Below the pieces are notes generated by a model. The model was not told the DNA's origin and did not search any database. It was given only the letters and a program-made list of their open reading frames with translations. 38,676 nucleotides of DNA from Candidatus Micrarchaeota archaeon (lineage in GTDB: Archaea > Micrarchaeota > Micrarchaeia > Norongarragalinales > JBBILJ01), in the NCBI GenBank assembly GCA_037444945.1, contig JBBILJ010000002.1, positions 1 through 38,676 on the forward strand, given 5' to 3'. The translations under genes and the position numbers were made by a program. Position 1 is the stretch's first letter, and every line of letters begins with the position of its first letter. Below are positions 1 through 10,504 of the stretch, in pieces.

Positions 1-176
1 CTCCGAGACTACACTCCCCAACGCTTGCTCGAAGAACTCCCCATACTTTCGAAACGTTTTCCCGCCGAGTTTCGAACTTGAGTTTAGTTTTGAAGAACAG
101 TTCGACTCGTCCGGAGCGAGGGCGTTACCGATGCCTTTATGTTTGCGTCTACTATCCCCTTTTTCGGTGATTGGTC

Positions 177-347
177 ATGTTGCATCGAAAAGTTGTTTGG
201 GGCGTCATTTTGATCCTGATCGGGCTCGGCTTTCTGCTGGCGAATTTCGGGTTTATTTCTTATGATTTCTGGAAATTCTGGCCCCTCATCCTCGTCCTGA
301 TTGGCGCGAGCATGCTGCTCAAGGACGACGAGAAGAAACGCAAGTGA
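177..347 (+). CDS. Small two-helix membrane protein (56 aa), missed by the 60-aa ORF cutoff
   Basis: ATG at 177 lies 5 nt after GGTGAT (166-171), a Shine-Dalgarno-like site. Hand translation gives MLHRKVVWGVILILIGLGFLLANFGFISYDFWKFWPLILVLIGASMLLKDDEKKRK, with TGA at 345-347. It has two hydrophobic segments and a basic tail. Confidence 0.5.
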   Translation: MLHRKVVWGVILILIGLGFLLANFGFISYDFWKFWPLILVLIGASMLLKDDEKKRK

Positions 348-391
348 CGCGCTAAAATCCAGAGCCTTTCGCCGACAACGACGCGCTTAGG

Positions 392-1087
392 GTGACGACT
401 GTGTTCGAGGACCGTTTTGACGCCGGCCGCCAACTCGCTGAACGCCTGCTCGCTTACGCGGGCCGCCCGGACGCCGTCGTGCTCGCGATTCCGCGCGGAG
501 GGCTTCAAGCAGGGTTTGAAGTCGCGCGGGTGCTGCGCCTTCCCCTGCTCCCCCTCTTCTCCAAGAAAATCAGTTTCCCAGGCCAGCCCGAAGTTGCCGT
601 CGGTGCTGTGTCGCACGGCGGAGCGGTGAGCGTGGACGCCGAAACGGTCGCCCGCTTCAACATCCCGAAGAGTTATATCGAAGATGAGCGCAAGCGCCTC
701 GAGCAAAGCATTGTGGAACGCCTGAAACGGTTCACGGGCAAACCCGCACTGCCCCTGCTGAGAAACAAGCTCTGCATTCTCGTGGATGACGGAGTGGCGA
801 CCGGGCAAACTTACTTCGCCGCCGTCGCGTTCCTGCGCAAGCAGGGCGTTTCGCGAATCGTGGCTGCCGTTCCCGTGGGGCCGCCCGAAACCCTCTCGCG
901 CCTCGCCGACCTCGTGGACGAGTTAATTGTGCTCGAGAGCCCGCCGTGGATGTCCGCCGTCGGGCAAGCGTACCAGTCTTTTCCCCAAGTTGAAGACGAG
1001 GAAGCCAAGCGATACCTCAACGTGAATGTGCAATTGGAAAAGAAGAGCGAGGTCGGAAAGAAAAAAATAGTTCGAAAGCCGAGTTAG
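392..1087 (+). CDS. Predicted phosphoribosyltransferase (COG1926-like, type I PRTase fold)
   Basis: GTG start. The N-terminal FEDRFDAGRQLAERL...VVLAIPRGGLQAGFEVA pattern and the PRPP-binding loop ILVDDGVATGQT are typical of stand-alone predicted PRTases. Confidence 0.8.
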   Translation: MTTVFEDRFDAGRQLAERLLAYAGRPDAVVLAIPRGGLQAGFEVARVLRLPLLPLFSKKISFPGQPEVAVGAVSHGGAVSVDAETVARFNIPKSYIEDERKRLEQSIVERLKRFTGKPALPLLRNKLCILVDDGVATGQTYFAAVAFLRKQGVSRIVAAVPVGPPETLSRLADLVDELIVLESPPWMSAVGQAYQSFPQVEDEEAKRYLNVNVQLEKKSEVGKKKIVRKPS

Positions 1088-2685
1088 GTTTCCTCAGCCT
1101 CTTCGAATTCCTTCATCATCGCTTTGCCGCGAAGCTTGCGGTGGAATTGAATGGCGAAGCGGTGCGCCTCGTCGCGCGTTCGCTGCAGCAATTTCAGCGA
1201 CGCTTTCTTCTTATCGAGCACGAGCGGCGTCTTGCGGTTGAGCAGGTAGATTTCTTCGTTCTGTTTGGCTAAGCCGATAACTGGCTGCTCGTACAAGTTC
1301 AATTCTTGCAGGGCTTCGTGCGCCGCCTTAAGCTGGCTCGCGCCTCCGTCAACTACGATTAAGTCGGGCATCACGGCGCCCTCGTCTTTGAGTCGAGAGT
1401 ATCGACGAAACACGACTTCGCGCATGCTGGCGAAATCGTTCTGCCCTTCCACGCCTTTAATCTTGAAGTGGCGGTACGCGTTCGAGTTGCGTTCCCCGTC
1501 AACGAATTGAACCATGCTCGCGACTTGGTTTTGGCCGAAGAGTGTGGAGATGTCGAAGCACTCGATGATGCACGGAGGCTTGGGCAAGCGCAAGTCGCTT
1601 TGCAATTCCGCGACGGGGACGGAGAGTTTGCTTTCCAACTCGCGCTTCGCGTTCTTCTCCGCTAAATCCAGCAGGTCCCGGCCCGCGCCGCTCACCGGCA
1701 CGCTAATGCGAACGGGCCGTTCGCCTTTCCGCACCAGCCAACCGATTACTTCTTTAGAGGGGTAGTGGGAGAGCAAGAGGCGGTCGGGTACGACGCGCGC
1801 CGCGTAATACTCGCGCAGAAAGCCTTCCAGCGAGTTCTCCAACCCGTTCGCGAAACTAAAGCGCTGCTGGTCGCGCACCACGCCGCGAACCACGTTGAAC
1901 ACGAACACGCTCGTCTTCTCGCCGTTATCCCACAGACCGATGACGTCCTCATCCCACCCGGCGGGCTTGTCCACGGCTTGTTCGCTCGGCAAGTTCGAGA
2001 ACGCGTAGAGCTCGTCACGCAGCGTTTTCGCCCGTTCGAAGTTCTCCACGGCCGCGGCGCTCTTCATTTGTCGCTCGATTTCCTCCGCCAACTCTTCACG
2101 CTTGGTGGTGAGGAGTCCGACGCCTTGCTGCACGCATTCCGCGTACTCGACTTTCGAAATCTTGCCGATGCATGGAGCCGAGCACTGCCCGAGGTGGTAT
2201 TTGAGGCACGCGCGCTTGGGGAAGGGATTGCACGTGCGTAACCCTAACGTGTTTTGGACGGTTCGTAGCGCGATTGCTCGCGCTGCTCCTTGCACGAACG
2301 GGCCGAGGAGTTTGCCGCGCGCTCCAGGCTTGGGGTGGCGGATGCTCACCAAGCGCGGGAACGCCTCGTCCGTGATGCGAATGTATTGGTAGCGAGTGTT
2401 GTCCTTGAGCTCGACGTTGTAACGCGGCCGGTGCTCGCGAATCAGGTTCGCTTCGAGAACCAGCGCCTCGTACTCGCTGTTCGTGATGACAAAATCAATG
2501 CTTGTAACAACTTGAATTTGCTCGAGGGTTTTCGGCGCAAGCTCGGCGTTCGGCCGGAAATAAGAGTCCACGCGCTTCTTGAGTTCCTTCGCCTTGCCGA
2601 TGTAAACAATTTTTTCCGCCGCGTCCTTCATCACGTAAACGCCGGGCTGGCGGGGAGCGCTATAAGCGTCAGGAGTGAGCGTCAT
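1084..2685 (-). CDS. uvrC: Excinuclease ABC subunit C (UvrC), short form lacking the C-terminal (HhH)2 domain
   Basis: GIY-YIG N-terminus (PGVYVMKDAAEKIVYIGKAKELKKRVDSYF), a UVR motif (FERAKTLRDELYAF) and the endonuclease-domain end RDEAHRFAIQFHRKLR. The start overlaps the uvrA stop by 4 nt (ATGA at 2682-2685). Confidence 0.93.
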   Translation of the reverse strand: MTLTPDAYSAPRQPGVYVMKDAAEKIVYIGKAKELKKRVDSYFRPNAELAPKTLEQIQVVTSIDFVITNSEYEALVLEANLIREHRPRYNVELKDNTRYQYIRITDEAFPRLVSIRHPKPGARGKLLGPFVQGAARAIALRTVQNTLGLRTCNPFPKRACLKYHLGQCSAPCIGKISKVEYAECVQQGVGLLTTKREELAEEIERQMKSAAAVENFERAKTLRDELYAFSNLPSEQAVDKPAGWDEDVIGLWDNGEKTSVFVFNVVRGVVRDQQRFSFANGLENSLEGFLREYYAARVVPDRLLLSHYPSKEVIGWLVRKGERPVRISVPVSGAGRDLLDLAEKNAKRELESKLSVPVAELQSDLRLPKPPCIIECFDISTLFGQNQVASMVQFVDGERNSNAYRHFKIKGVEGQNDFASMREVVFRRYSRLKDEGAVMPDLIVVDGGASQLKAAHEALQELNLYEQPVIGLAKQNEEIYLLNRKTPLVLDKKKASLKLLQRTRDEAHRFAIQFHRKLRGKAMMKEFEEAEET

Positions 2686-5531
2686 CGCGCGGTTTTCTCC
2701 TCCACGCGACTGACCGCGATGGCTTTTTTGAGGAACGCGCCCGTGTAGCTTTTCTTGTTCTCGGCAATCTGCTCCGGTGTGCCTTGCGCAATAATTTCGC
2801 CGCCACCCTCGCCGCCTTCAGGGCCGAGGTCGATGAGCCAGTCGGCGGTTTTGATGACGTCGAGGTTGTGCTCGATGACGAGTACCGAGTTGCCGCGCTC
2901 GACCAGTCGATGAAGAACACTTAGAAGTTTGGATACGTCGTCGAAGTGTAGGCCCGTGGTGGGCTCGTCAAGAATGTAAAGCGTTTGACCCGTTCCGCGT
3001 TTGCTCAGCTCGGCGGAAAGCTTAATGCGCTGCGCCTCGCCGCCGGAGAGCGTCGTGGCGGGCTGGCCGAGCTTGATGTAGCCCAGGCCTACGTCTCGGA
3101 GGACTTGGAGTTTGTTTGCAATGGACGGGATTTTTTCGAAGAAGAGGAGCGCTTCGTCCACGCTCATCTCGAGCACGTCCGCGATGTTTTTGCCTTTGAA
3201 TTGAATCATGAGGGTTTCCGAGTCGTATCGTTTGCCTTTGCACGTCTCGCACGGCACGTACACGTCGGGGAGGAACTGCATTTCGATGCGAAGCACGCCG
3301 TCGCCTTGGCAGGTTTCGCACCGCCCGCCCTTGACGTTGAAACTGAACGTTCCCGGCGTCAAGCCCGCTGAACGGGCGTCGGGCAGGGACGCGTAGAGAT
3401 CGCGAATCGGCGCGAAGAGGCCGATGTACGTCGCGGGATTGCTGCGCGGCGTGCGACCAATCGGGGCTTGGTCCACGTTCACGACTTTGTCTAAGTTATT
3501 CAAGCCGTTAATGCCGCTGAATTGTCCGGGCGGTTCGCGCGCGCCGTTGTAGTGCCGAGCGAGTTCCTTGTAGAGAATCTCGTTCACGAGCGTGCTCTTG
3601 CCGCTTCCACTCACGCCCGTCACGACCGTCATCACGCTCAAGGGGAAACTCACGTCGATGTTTTTGAGGTTGTTCTCCTTGCATCCTTTAAGCGTGAGGA
3701 AGCGTTTGGCCTCGCGCCGCTGTCGGGGCAGAGGAATGTGTTTGTCTCCTCGCAAGTACGCGCCGGTTAGCGAGTCCTTGCTTTTGAGAATCGTGCCGAG
3801 TGGGCCTTGCGCCACGATTCGCCCGCCCTTCTCTCCCGCGCCAGGCCCCATGTCGATGATCCAGTCGCTCTCGCGCATGGTTTCTTCGTCGTGCTCGACG
3901 ACGAGAAGCGTGTTGCCCAGGTCGCGGAGGCGTTTGAGTGTGCCGATGAGTTTGGCGTTGTCGCGCTGGTGCAGGCCAATGCTTGGCTCGTCGAGCACGT
4001 ACAGCACGCCAGTCAAATTCGAGCCGATTTGCGTGGCGAGGCGGATGCGTTGCGACTCTCCGCCGCTCAAGGTTGCGGCGGCGCGAGAGAGCGTGAGGTA
4101 GTCCAAACCGACGTTGTAGAGGAATTCGAGGCGGGAAACGATTTCTTTGAGGATGAGTTTGGCGATCTGCATGCTCGTGGAGTCGAGTTTGAGTTCGTAG
4201 AAGAAGCGCAGCGCGTCCGTGACGCTCAAATCCGTTAATTCGACGATGTTCCGCTCGCTCAGCGTCACGCACAAGGCTTCGATTTTGAGGCGCTTGCCGT
4301 TGCACGCGGGGCATCGAAACGAGCGCATGTACCGTTCGAGTTCGGCGCGCTTGTCCTCGCTCTCCGTCTCGCGGTACTGCTTTTCGAGCAGTGGAATCAC
4401 GCCCGCCCAGCTGCCTTCGTGGTGCCACTCCGCGTTCGTCGTGCGGGCCTGGTAATCGTACTGGATTCGCTCCGGCGTGCCGTGCAGAATCGTTTTGAGT
4501 TGGGCTTTGGAGAGCTTGCGGACGGGCGTATCCACGTCGAACCCCGCGTGGCGGCCGACGTTGGCGAGGGTTTGGATGCGGAAACTGTTGAAGAAGCCCC
4601 GCCAGGGCGCGATCGCGCCTCCCGCGATGCTTTTGGTGGTGTCGGGAATCACCAACTCCGCGTCGAACTCTTGTTTGACCCCCAAGCCGGTGCATTCGGC
4701 GCACGCGCCGAACGGCGAGTTGAACGAGAAGAGGCGGGGCTGGAGTTCGCCGAGCGAGATTTGGTGCTCCGGGCATGCATTCTGCGTGGAGTAGAGCGTC
4801 TCCTTGCCGTCCACGACGGAGAGGAGTAGGCCGCCGGAGAGTCCCAACACGGCTTTCGTGGAATCGTACAGTCTCGCTTTCTCTTCTGCGCCGGCTTTGA
4901 CGCGGTCCACAATGGCTTCAATCGTGTGCTTTTCCTGCTTTTCTAGTTTCGGTGTTTTCTCGCCCAGGTCCACGCGCTCGCCGTCCACGCGCACCCGGCT
5001 GAAACCTTTCTTCACTAGTTCCTCGAAGAGTTTCTCGTAGGTTCCTTTCTTGGAGCGAATCACGGGGGCGAGGAGCTCCACGTTTTGGTTCTGCAGCGAG
5101 GCGAGTTGTTCGGCAATCTGGTCCGCGGTTTGCGTGGAAATGATTTTGTTGCACACGGGGCAGTGCGGCACGCCCACGCGCGCGTAGAGCAAGCGGAGAT
5201 AATCGTAGATTTCAGTGACGGTGCCGACGGTGGAGCGCGGGTTTTTGCTCACGCTGCGCTGGTCGATGGAAATCGCGGGACTCAGGCCGTCAATGGAGTC
5301 CACGTCCGGCTTGTTCATCAAGCCAAGGAATTGGCGCGCGTAAGTGCTGAGGGACTCCACGTAGCGCCGTTGGCCTTCCGCGTAAATCGTGTCGAACGCG
5401 AGCGTGCTCTTGCCGCTCCCGGAGAGGCCCGTGATGACGACGAGCGCGTCGCGCGGAATCTCGACGTCCACGTTTTTGAGGTTGTGCTCGCGCGCGCCGC
5501 GCACCACGATGCGATCGTTGAGTGTTTTCAT
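2682..5531 (-). CDS. uvrA: Excinuclease ABC subunit A (UvrA)
   Basis: 949 aa. Two ABC ATPase modules ([14 protein letters not shown] and [13 protein letters not shown]), zinc-finger cysteines ([16 protein letters not shown]...CETCKG) and signatures LSGGESQR and LSGGEAQR. Confidence 0.97.
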   Translation of the reverse strand: MKTLNDRIVVRGAREHNLKNVDVEIPRDALVVITGLSGSGKSTLAFDTIYAEGQRRYVESLSTYARQFLGLMNKPDVDSIDGLSPAISIDQRSVSKNPRSTVGTVTEIYDYLRLLYARVGVPHCPVCNKIISTQTADQIAEQLASLQNQNVELLAPVIRSKKGTYEKLFEELVKKGFSRVRVDGERVDLGEKTPKLEKQEKHTIEAIVDRVKAGAEEKARLYDSTKAVLGLSGGLLLSVVDGKETLYSTQNACPEHQISLGELQPRLFSFNSPFGACAECTGLGVKQEFDAELVIPDTTKSIAGGAIAPWRGFFNSFRIQTLANVGRHAGFDVDTPVRKLSKAQLKTILHGTPERIQYDYQARTTNAEWHHEGSWAGVIPLLEKQYRETESEDKRAELERYMRSFRCPACNGKRLKIEALCVTLSERNIVELTDLSVTDALRFFYELKLDSTSMQIAKLILKEIVSRLEFLYNVGLDYLTLSRAAATLSGGESQRIRLATQIGSNLTGVLYVLDEPSIGLHQRDNAKLIGTLKRLRDLGNTLLVVEHDEETMRESDWIIDMGPGAGEKGGRIVAQGPLGTILKSKDSLTGAYLRGDKHIPLPRQRREAKRFLTLKGCKENNLKNIDVSFPLSVMTVVTGVSGSGKSTLVNEILYKELARHYNGAREPPGQFSGINGLNNLDKVVNVDQAPIGRTPRSNPATYIGLFAPIRDLYASLPDARSAGLTPGTFSFNVKGGRCETCQGDGVLRIEMQFLPDVYVPCETCKGKRYDSETLMIQFKGKNIADVLEMSVDEALLFFEKIPSIANKLQVLRDVGLGYIKLGQPATTLSGGEAQRIKLSAELSKRGTGQTLYILDEPTTGLHFDDVSKLLSVLHRLVERGNSVLVIEHNLDVIKTADWLIDLGPEGGEGGGEIIAQGTPEQIAENKKSYTGAFLKKAIAVSRVEEKTAR

Positions 5532-7507
5532 TTTCTCGACTTTTCCTTTTTCCTTACCGTGGCCAATGCGAGGGCTTCCTCGCGCAGTTTGCGCAACTCG
5601 TCACGCAGTTCGATAGCGCGTTCGAACTCTAAGGTTTCCGACGCGCGATGCATTTCGGCCTCTAAGTTGATGATGCGCGCGCGTAAGGACTTTTCGCTCG
5701 CCGCCTTGCCTTTGCCGGGTAGTTTATCTTCGGGCGTGAGGGAGGAAACCGCCTTGACGATGGTGTGCGGCGTGATGCCGTGCTCGTGGTTGTACTCGGC
5801 TTGAATCGCGCGTCGGCGGTTCGTCTCACCCATCGCTTTCTTCATCGCGTCCGTTTGATGGTCCGCGTAAAGAATCACGCGGCCATTGCTGTTGCGCGCG
5901 GCGCGGCCAAAGGTTTGAATGAGGGAGCGGTCGGTGCGCAAGAATCCTTCCTTGTCCGCGTCGAGGATGGCGACGAGGGCGACTTCCGGCACGTCGAGGC
6001 CTTCGCGCAGCAAGTTGATGCCGACGAGCACATCGAATTGGCCGAGTCGGAGCTGGCGAAGGAGTTCGGACCGCTCGATCGTGCCGATTTCCGAGTGCAA
6101 GTACCGGGCTTTGACGCCGCGCTGCACGAAGTAGTCCGTCAAGTCTTCCGCCATTCGCTTGGTCAGGGTGGTGACGAACGCGCGCTCGCCCTTGGCGGCG
6201 ACGGCTTTCAATTCGTTAGTTAAATCGTCCGCCTGTCCCTGCGTACCTCGGACTTCTACGCTCGGGTCGATCAGGCCGGTGGGGCGGATGAGTTGCTCGG
6301 CGACTTGCTGGGAGGTTTTCAACTCCCAGTCTCCCGGCGTTGCCGAAACGAAAATCGCGTGTCGCATTTTCTTTTCGAGCTCATCGAAGTTGAGGGGGCG
6401 GTTGTCGTACGCGCTGGGGAGACGGCAGCCGTAATCGACGAGGTTTTTCTTGCGCGAGTAATCCCCTTTCTGCATGCCGTGGAGTTGCGGAATGGTGACG
6501 TGTGACTCGTCAATAACTAAAAGAAAGTCGTCGCCAAAAAAGTCGACGAGCGTGGACGGGGGCATTCCCGGCAGTCGGCCGTCGAAATAGCGCGAGTAAT
6601 TCTCGATGCCGTTGCAGTAACCCATCGCCTCGATCATTTCTAAGTCGTACTCGGTCCGCTGTTTGAGCCGATTCGCTTCAAGTTCGGGGAGTTGCGTCAA
6701 GCGCTCTTCCAGTTCTTGGCGAATGCCGGCCACGGCGCCTTTGATGCGCGTGTTCGGGACGACGAAGTGGCGCGCGGGAAAGATGCGCACTTGTTTGAGC
6801 GCTGTGAGCATGCGAAGATTGATTGGTTCGAGTTCCTGGATTTTGCCGATGCGATTTCCGTCGAGCTGAAAACGCAGCACATGTCCGGCGTACGGCGGGA
6901 AGACATCGATGGTGTCGCCTTTGGCCCGGAAAAAGCCTTCCTTGACGCCCAAATCATTGCGATTGTACTGGATGCCGATTAGGCGGCGGAGGAGTTCCTG
7001 CCGCTCGATTTCCTGCCCCTGGTGAAACTCGAGGCTCATTTCCAGCCAATCCACCGGCGAGCCGAGGCCGTAAATCGAGCTTACCGTGGCGACGATGATG
7101 ACGTCCTTGCGAGAGAGTAGGTTCGCCGTGGCGGCCAGGCGGAGTTGCTCGACTTTTTCGTTTACGCGCGAATCCTTGGGGATATATTGGTCCTGCGCGG
7201 GCAAGTAACTCTCCGGCTGGTAGTAGTCAAAGTAACTCACGAAGTACCCGACGTGGTTTTTGGGAAAGAACCCGCGGAACTCGGCGTAGAGCTGCGCCGC
7301 CAAGGTCTTGTTTGGGGAAATCACCAGCGTGGGCTTCTGTACGCGCTCGATGACGTTAGACATGCTGTAGGTTTTTCCGCTTCCCGTCACGCCAAGCAAG
7401 GTCTGCCTACTTTTTTCTCCTCCCCTGCGGATGCCGTCCACTAACTGAGCAATCGCTTTCGGCTGGTCGCCGGTGGGCTTGTACGCCGACTCGAGTTCGA
7501 ACCTCAT
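5528..7507 (-). CDS. uvrB: Excinuclease ABC subunit B (UvrB)
   Basis: 659 aa. Helicase motif I ([13 protein letters not shown]), DESH box (VIDESHVT) and a C-terminal UVR domain ([19 protein letters not shown]). The stop overlaps the uvrA start by 4 nt (5528-5531). Confidence 0.97.
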   Translation of the reverse strand: MRFELESAYKPTGDQPKAIAQLVDGIRRGGEKSRQTLLGVTGSGKTYSMSNVIERVQKPTLVISPNKTLAAQLYAEFRGFFPKNHVGYFVSYFDYYQPESYLPAQDQYIPKDSRVNEKVEQLRLAATANLLSRKDVIIVATVSSIYGLGSPVDWLEMSLEFHQGQEIERQELLRRLIGIQYNRNDLGVKEGFFRAKGDTIDVFPPYAGHVLRFQLDGNRIGKIQELEPINLRMLTALKQVRIFPARHFVVPNTRIKGAVAGIRQELEERLTQLPELEANRLKQRTEYDLEMIEAMGYCNGIENYSRYFDGRLPGMPPSTLVDFFGDDFLLVIDESHVTIPQLHGMQKGDYSRKKNLVDYGCRLPSAYDNRPLNFDELEKKMRHAIFVSATPGDWELKTSQQVAEQLIRPTGLIDPSVEVRGTQGQADDLTNELKAVAAKGERAFVTTLTKRMAEDLTDYFVQRGVKARYLHSEIGTIERSELLRQLRLGQFDVLVGINLLREGLDVPEVALVAILDADKEGFLRTDRSLIQTFGRAARNSNGRVILYADHQTDAMKKAMGETNRRRAIQAEYNHEHGITPHTIVKAVSSLTPEDKLPGKGKAASEKSLRARIINLEAEMHRASETLEFERAIELRDELRKLREEALALATVRKKEKSRK

Positions 7508-7618
7508 ACTCGCTCAACGATTCGCCTTCTCAGGCCTGCTTGCGCGCCGCGGGTGCTGGCGCTGCACAGAATCAGGAAAAACCCGCTCTCCCCGCAAGAA
7601 TAAGCGCGGCACGAGAAT

Positions 7619-8293
7619 TTAATAGTATTTTTTGACGCCGCGGCGCGGGCAGAGTTTGAAGAGCACGCAACGCGGGCAGTGCGGGGTAGGGGCACGGCAG
7701 ACGGCGCGGCCATGCTGAATAAGGTTGACGTGAAGGCTCGTTTTTTGGTTGTCGGGAACGACGCGGTCGAGGAATTCTTGGGTTTGTTCGCGCGAGAATT
7801 TTTGGGGTACGAGGCCGAGACGACGGCTCACGCGGTACACGTGCGTGTCGACGGGAAAAGTCGGGCGGTGGAACGCGAAGTTGAGCACGACCGCGGCTGT
7901 TTTTGGGCCGACACCGCGCAGGGAGAGCAGGAACTCGCGGGCTTGCGGCGTCGTTTTTTTGTGCAAAAAGGCGAGGGAGAGTGTGCCGGTTCGGCGTTTG
8001 AGTTCTTTCAAAACGCCTAAAATCACTTTGGCTTTGGTGTTCGCCAAGCCCGCGGGGCGAATGATTTTGGCGAGTTGCTTGGGCGTGAGGGCGAAGACTT
8101 GCTCCCAGCGCGGGTATTTTTGTTTCAGAGCAGCGAAAGCGGGGAAGCTCGTTTTGTCCGTCGTGTTTTGCGAGAGAATCGTCTTAATCAGGGCGTCAAG
8201 CTCGCTCGCCTCCCGCCACGGTTCCGGCTTGCCGTACGCGGACTCGAGTTTGCGCGCGATGACGTGTAAGCGGTGGCGCAAGGGAGCAGGCAT
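7619..8293 (-). CDS. nth: Endonuclease III (Nth), HhH-GPD DNA glycosylase with a 4Fe-4S cluster
   Basis: I trimmed this to the internal ATG (codon 101 of the 324-aa ORF, CAT at 8291-8293). The upstream 100 codons are Pro/Arg-rich and overlap the 8332-8652 gene. HhH motif LLSLRGVGPKTAAVVL; FeS motif CRAPTPHCPRCVLFKLC (C-x6-C-x2-C-x5-C). Confidence 0.9.
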   Translation of the reverse strand: MPAPLRHRLHVIARKLESAYGKPEPWREASELDALIKTILSQNTTDKTSFPAFAALKQKYPRWEQVFALTPKQLAKIIRPAGLANTKAKVILGVLKELKRRTGTLSLAFLHKKTTPQAREFLLSLRGVGPKTAAVVLNFAFHRPTFPVDTHVYRVSRRLGLVPQKFSREQTQEFLDRVVPDNQKTSLHVNLIQHGRAVCRAPTPHCPRCVLFKLCPRRGVKKYY

Positions 8294-8331
8294 GGTGGAA
8301 CCTATTTCGTGATTTGGAGTGTTGTTCGGCG

Positions 8332-8652
8332 TCACGTGGCGAGGGCTTTGCCGATGGGTTCGTGGAGGAGTCGTTGCGCGAGGGGGATGGTGATGAGGAG
8401 GGCGGCGACGAGGCGCAACGCGTAAGCTGAGAACCACGCAATGTTGCCGACTTGCAGACCTGTGAGGAGGAAGAGGTATTCGCTCGCGAAGAAGAAACCG
8501 GCCGCGAAGGCGAGGTTGCGATTGAACGGGTGCGCGTTCGCGCGGTAGCGGCGGTAGGCTTGTAGGCCAATCGAGACTGCGAGGACGGCGCAAATTACTT
8601 GGAGAATCGCGGCGAATTGATCGAATGTCGTGTTGAAGGGAATAAGCGTCAT
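8332..8652 (-). CDS. Hypothetical 3-TM membrane protein (106 aa), paralog of the upstream gene
   Basis: Three hydrophobic segments. It shares the TM1-AYR-basic loop-AAGF pattern with the 8649-8930 product (GLQAYRRYRAN...FAAGFFF versus GLLAYREHLKAG...LAAGFLI). The start overlaps the upstream stop (ATGA at 8649-8652). Confidence 0.55.
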   Translation of the reverse strand: MTLIPFNTTFDQFAAILQVICAVLAVSIGLQAYRRYRANAHPFNRNLAFAAGFFFASEYLFLLTGLQVGNIAWFSAYALRLVAALLITIPLAQRLLHEPIGKALAT

Positions 8653-8930
8653 TTAGTGTTCGTCACCAGAAAACTGTAAAGAATCGCGCCGTAGCCGAAG
8701 AGTTTGGCGGTGCGCGTGAGGAGTTCGACGGGCTCGTAGTATTCAGGAAGGGCGGCCGCCACGATGACGCCCACGATGCCGACAATGCCATAGATTAGGA
8801 AGCCCGCGGCGAGCCAGTAGTACACCCGACTGCCGGCCTTGAGGTGCTCGCGGTACGCGAGCAGGCCGATGACGGCGAACACCGTAAAGGTAAGCAGACC
8901 GACGAGGTTCGCGGTTTCAACCAGACTCAT
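8649..8930 (-). CDS. Hypothetical 3-TM membrane protein (93 aa)
   Basis: Three hydrophobic segments. It is translationally coupled to the 8332-8652 gene. An AT-rich AATAAATAG element (minus strand, 8952-8960) lies 22 nt upstream of the ATG. Confidence 0.55.
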   Translation of the reverse strand: MSLVETANLVGLLTFTVFAVIGLLAYREHLKAGSRVYYWLAAGFLIYGIVGIVGVIVAAALPEYYEPVELLTRTAKLFGYGAILYSFLVTNTK

Positions 8931-8981
8931 GAGTAGGGGGAGTGGGGAGAGCTATTTATTGCTTGTGCGAGAGACGGCGGT

Positions 8982-10394
8982 TTAGACGACACGCCACTCC
9001 TGACCTTTAGGAGTGTCTTGGACGGCGATGCCTTTTTTGCGGAGTTGCTCGCGGATGCGGTCACTTTCCGCGTAAAAACCGCGACTGCGGGCGTCCGCGC
9101 GCTGCCGCAGCAGAGCGTCAAGTTCCTCGCGAGGCAGTGGAAGCGTCTTTTCCTTTTGATAATGTAGCAGGCCGAGGACGGAATCCATTTTTTCAAGGGC
9201 GTCGCGCACCTCGGCCGCGTTCTGGCTGCCAAACTTGCCCTCGTCGATGAGTTTGTTGGTTTGGCGAATCAACTCGAAGACGGCGGCGAGGGCGAGCGAC
9301 GCGTTCAAGTCATTATCCATCGCGGACGAGAAGTCGCGCAGCGCCTGGCTGGCGAGGGCGGCAACCTCGGTGTTGTTGGGCGCCACGCTCGACGCGTGCG
9401 CTTGCAGGTGCGCCGCGAACTCGAGGTAACGCTCCAAGGTGCGCTCCGCGTTCTCGAGGGCCTCAAAGGTAAGGTTGAGCGGTTGGCGGTAGTGCGCGGA
9501 AAGCAGCAAGTAGCGCACGGCGCCAGGCTTGAAGCTCTTGGCGAATAAGTCGCGGAGCGTGTAAAAGTTGTGAAGGCTCTTGCTCATCTTCTGCCCGTTC
9601 ACCATGAGGTGCTCGCAGTGCACCCAGAGGCGGCAGAACTCGCGGCCCGTGGCAGCCTCGCTTTGCGCGATTTCGTTCTCGTGATGCGGGAAGCGCAAGT
9701 CGACGCCGCCGCTGTGGATGTCGAACGGCGTGCCGAGGTATTTTTCGCTCATCGCGCTACACTCGAGATGCCAGCCGGGGCGGCCGCGCCCGAACGGCGC
9801 GTCCCAGTATACGTCTCCGTCCGCTGCGTCCCACGCCTTCCAGAGCACGAAGTCGCAGGCTTGCTCTTTGGTGTACTCCTGTTGTTGCACGCGCGCTCCC
9901 GCTTGGAGGCCTTCCCGGTCAAGATGGGAAAGCTTGCCGTAATCGGGGAATTTCGCGATGCTAAAGTACACGGAGCCGTCGTCGCCGAGGTAGGCGGCGC
10001 CTTTATTCAGCAAGGTTTGGACGAGCGCAATCATTTCGGGAATCGTTTCCGTGGCTTTGGGGTACACGTCGGCGCGCATGAGGTTAAGCGCGTCCGCGTC
10101 CTCGAAGAACGCGGCTTCGAATCGTTGTGTGAACTCGCGCAGCGGCACGCCGGCCTCGCGGCTGCCCCGAATCGTTTTGTCGTCCACGTCGGTGAGGTTC
10201 ATCACGCGCCGCACGCGGAAACCCTTGAACAGCAAGTAGCGGTGTAGTACGTCCTGCGCCACGTACGTGCGAAAGTTGCCGACGTGCGCGAAATCGTAAA
10301 CCGTAGGGCCGCACGTGTAGAGGCGGACCTCGTTGTCGTTCAAGGGGCGCACTGCCTGCTTTTGCCGCGTGAGGGAGTCGAACAATTCCAGCAT
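8982..10394 (-). CDS. cysS: Cysteine--tRNA ligase
   Basis: 470 aa. Class I aaRS with a HIGH-type motif (CGPTVYDFAHVGNFRTYV), KMSKS present (NGQKMSKSLHN) and the zinc-binding region WHLECSAM. Confidence 0.96.
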   Translation of the reverse strand: MLELFDSLTRQKQAVRPLNDNEVRLYTCGPTVYDFAHVGNFRTYVAQDVLHRYLLFKGFRVRRVMNLTDVDDKTIRGSREAGVPLREFTQRFEAAFFEDADALNLMRADVYPKATETIPEMIALVQTLLNKGAAYLGDDGSVYFSIAKFPDYGKLSHLDREGLQAGARVQQQEYTKEQACDFVLWKAWDAADGDVYWDAPFGRGRPGWHLECSAMSEKYLGTPFDIHSGGVDLRFPHHENEIAQSEAATGREFCRLWVHCEHLMVNGQKMSKSLHNFYTLRDLFAKSFKPGAVRYLLLSAHYRQPLNLTFEALENAERTLERYLEFAAHLQAHASSVAPNNTEVAALASQALRDFSSAMDNDLNASLALAAVFELIRQTNKLIDEGKFGSQNAAEVRDALEKMDSVLGLLHYQKEKTLPLPREELDALLRQRADARSRGFYAESDRIREQLRKKGIAVQDTPKGQEWRVV

Positions 10395-10504
10395 GGCTTC
10401 TCTCCCTTACCTTCTTTGGGTGTTTCGGAGCCGTTTCGGGGTTAAAGCGAGGGCGGCTGAGTTTTAATAAACCGCCAAACCCCCAGTTATGCCGGTGTTT
10501 TTGA

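Noticed and set aside
1-81. Possible 3' end of a plus-strand gene cut by the left window edge (frame 1: ...LRDYTPQRLLEELPILSKRFPAEFRT, TGA at 79-81)
   Set aside because: Only 26 codons are visible and no motif is recognisable, so it cannot be supported from this window alone.
7619-8593. N-terminal extensions of tracked ORFs: nth to 8593, lipoprotein to 22237, surface protein from 22470, ATPase from 32506, rad50 from 14935, pilin G from 38000, ligT to 22697
   Set aside because: The extensions overlap neighbouring genes or promoter elements, or they are Pro/Arg-rich junk. Internal starts give sensible N-termini (signal peptides, conserved family N-termini) with TATA- or SD-like elements at the right distance.
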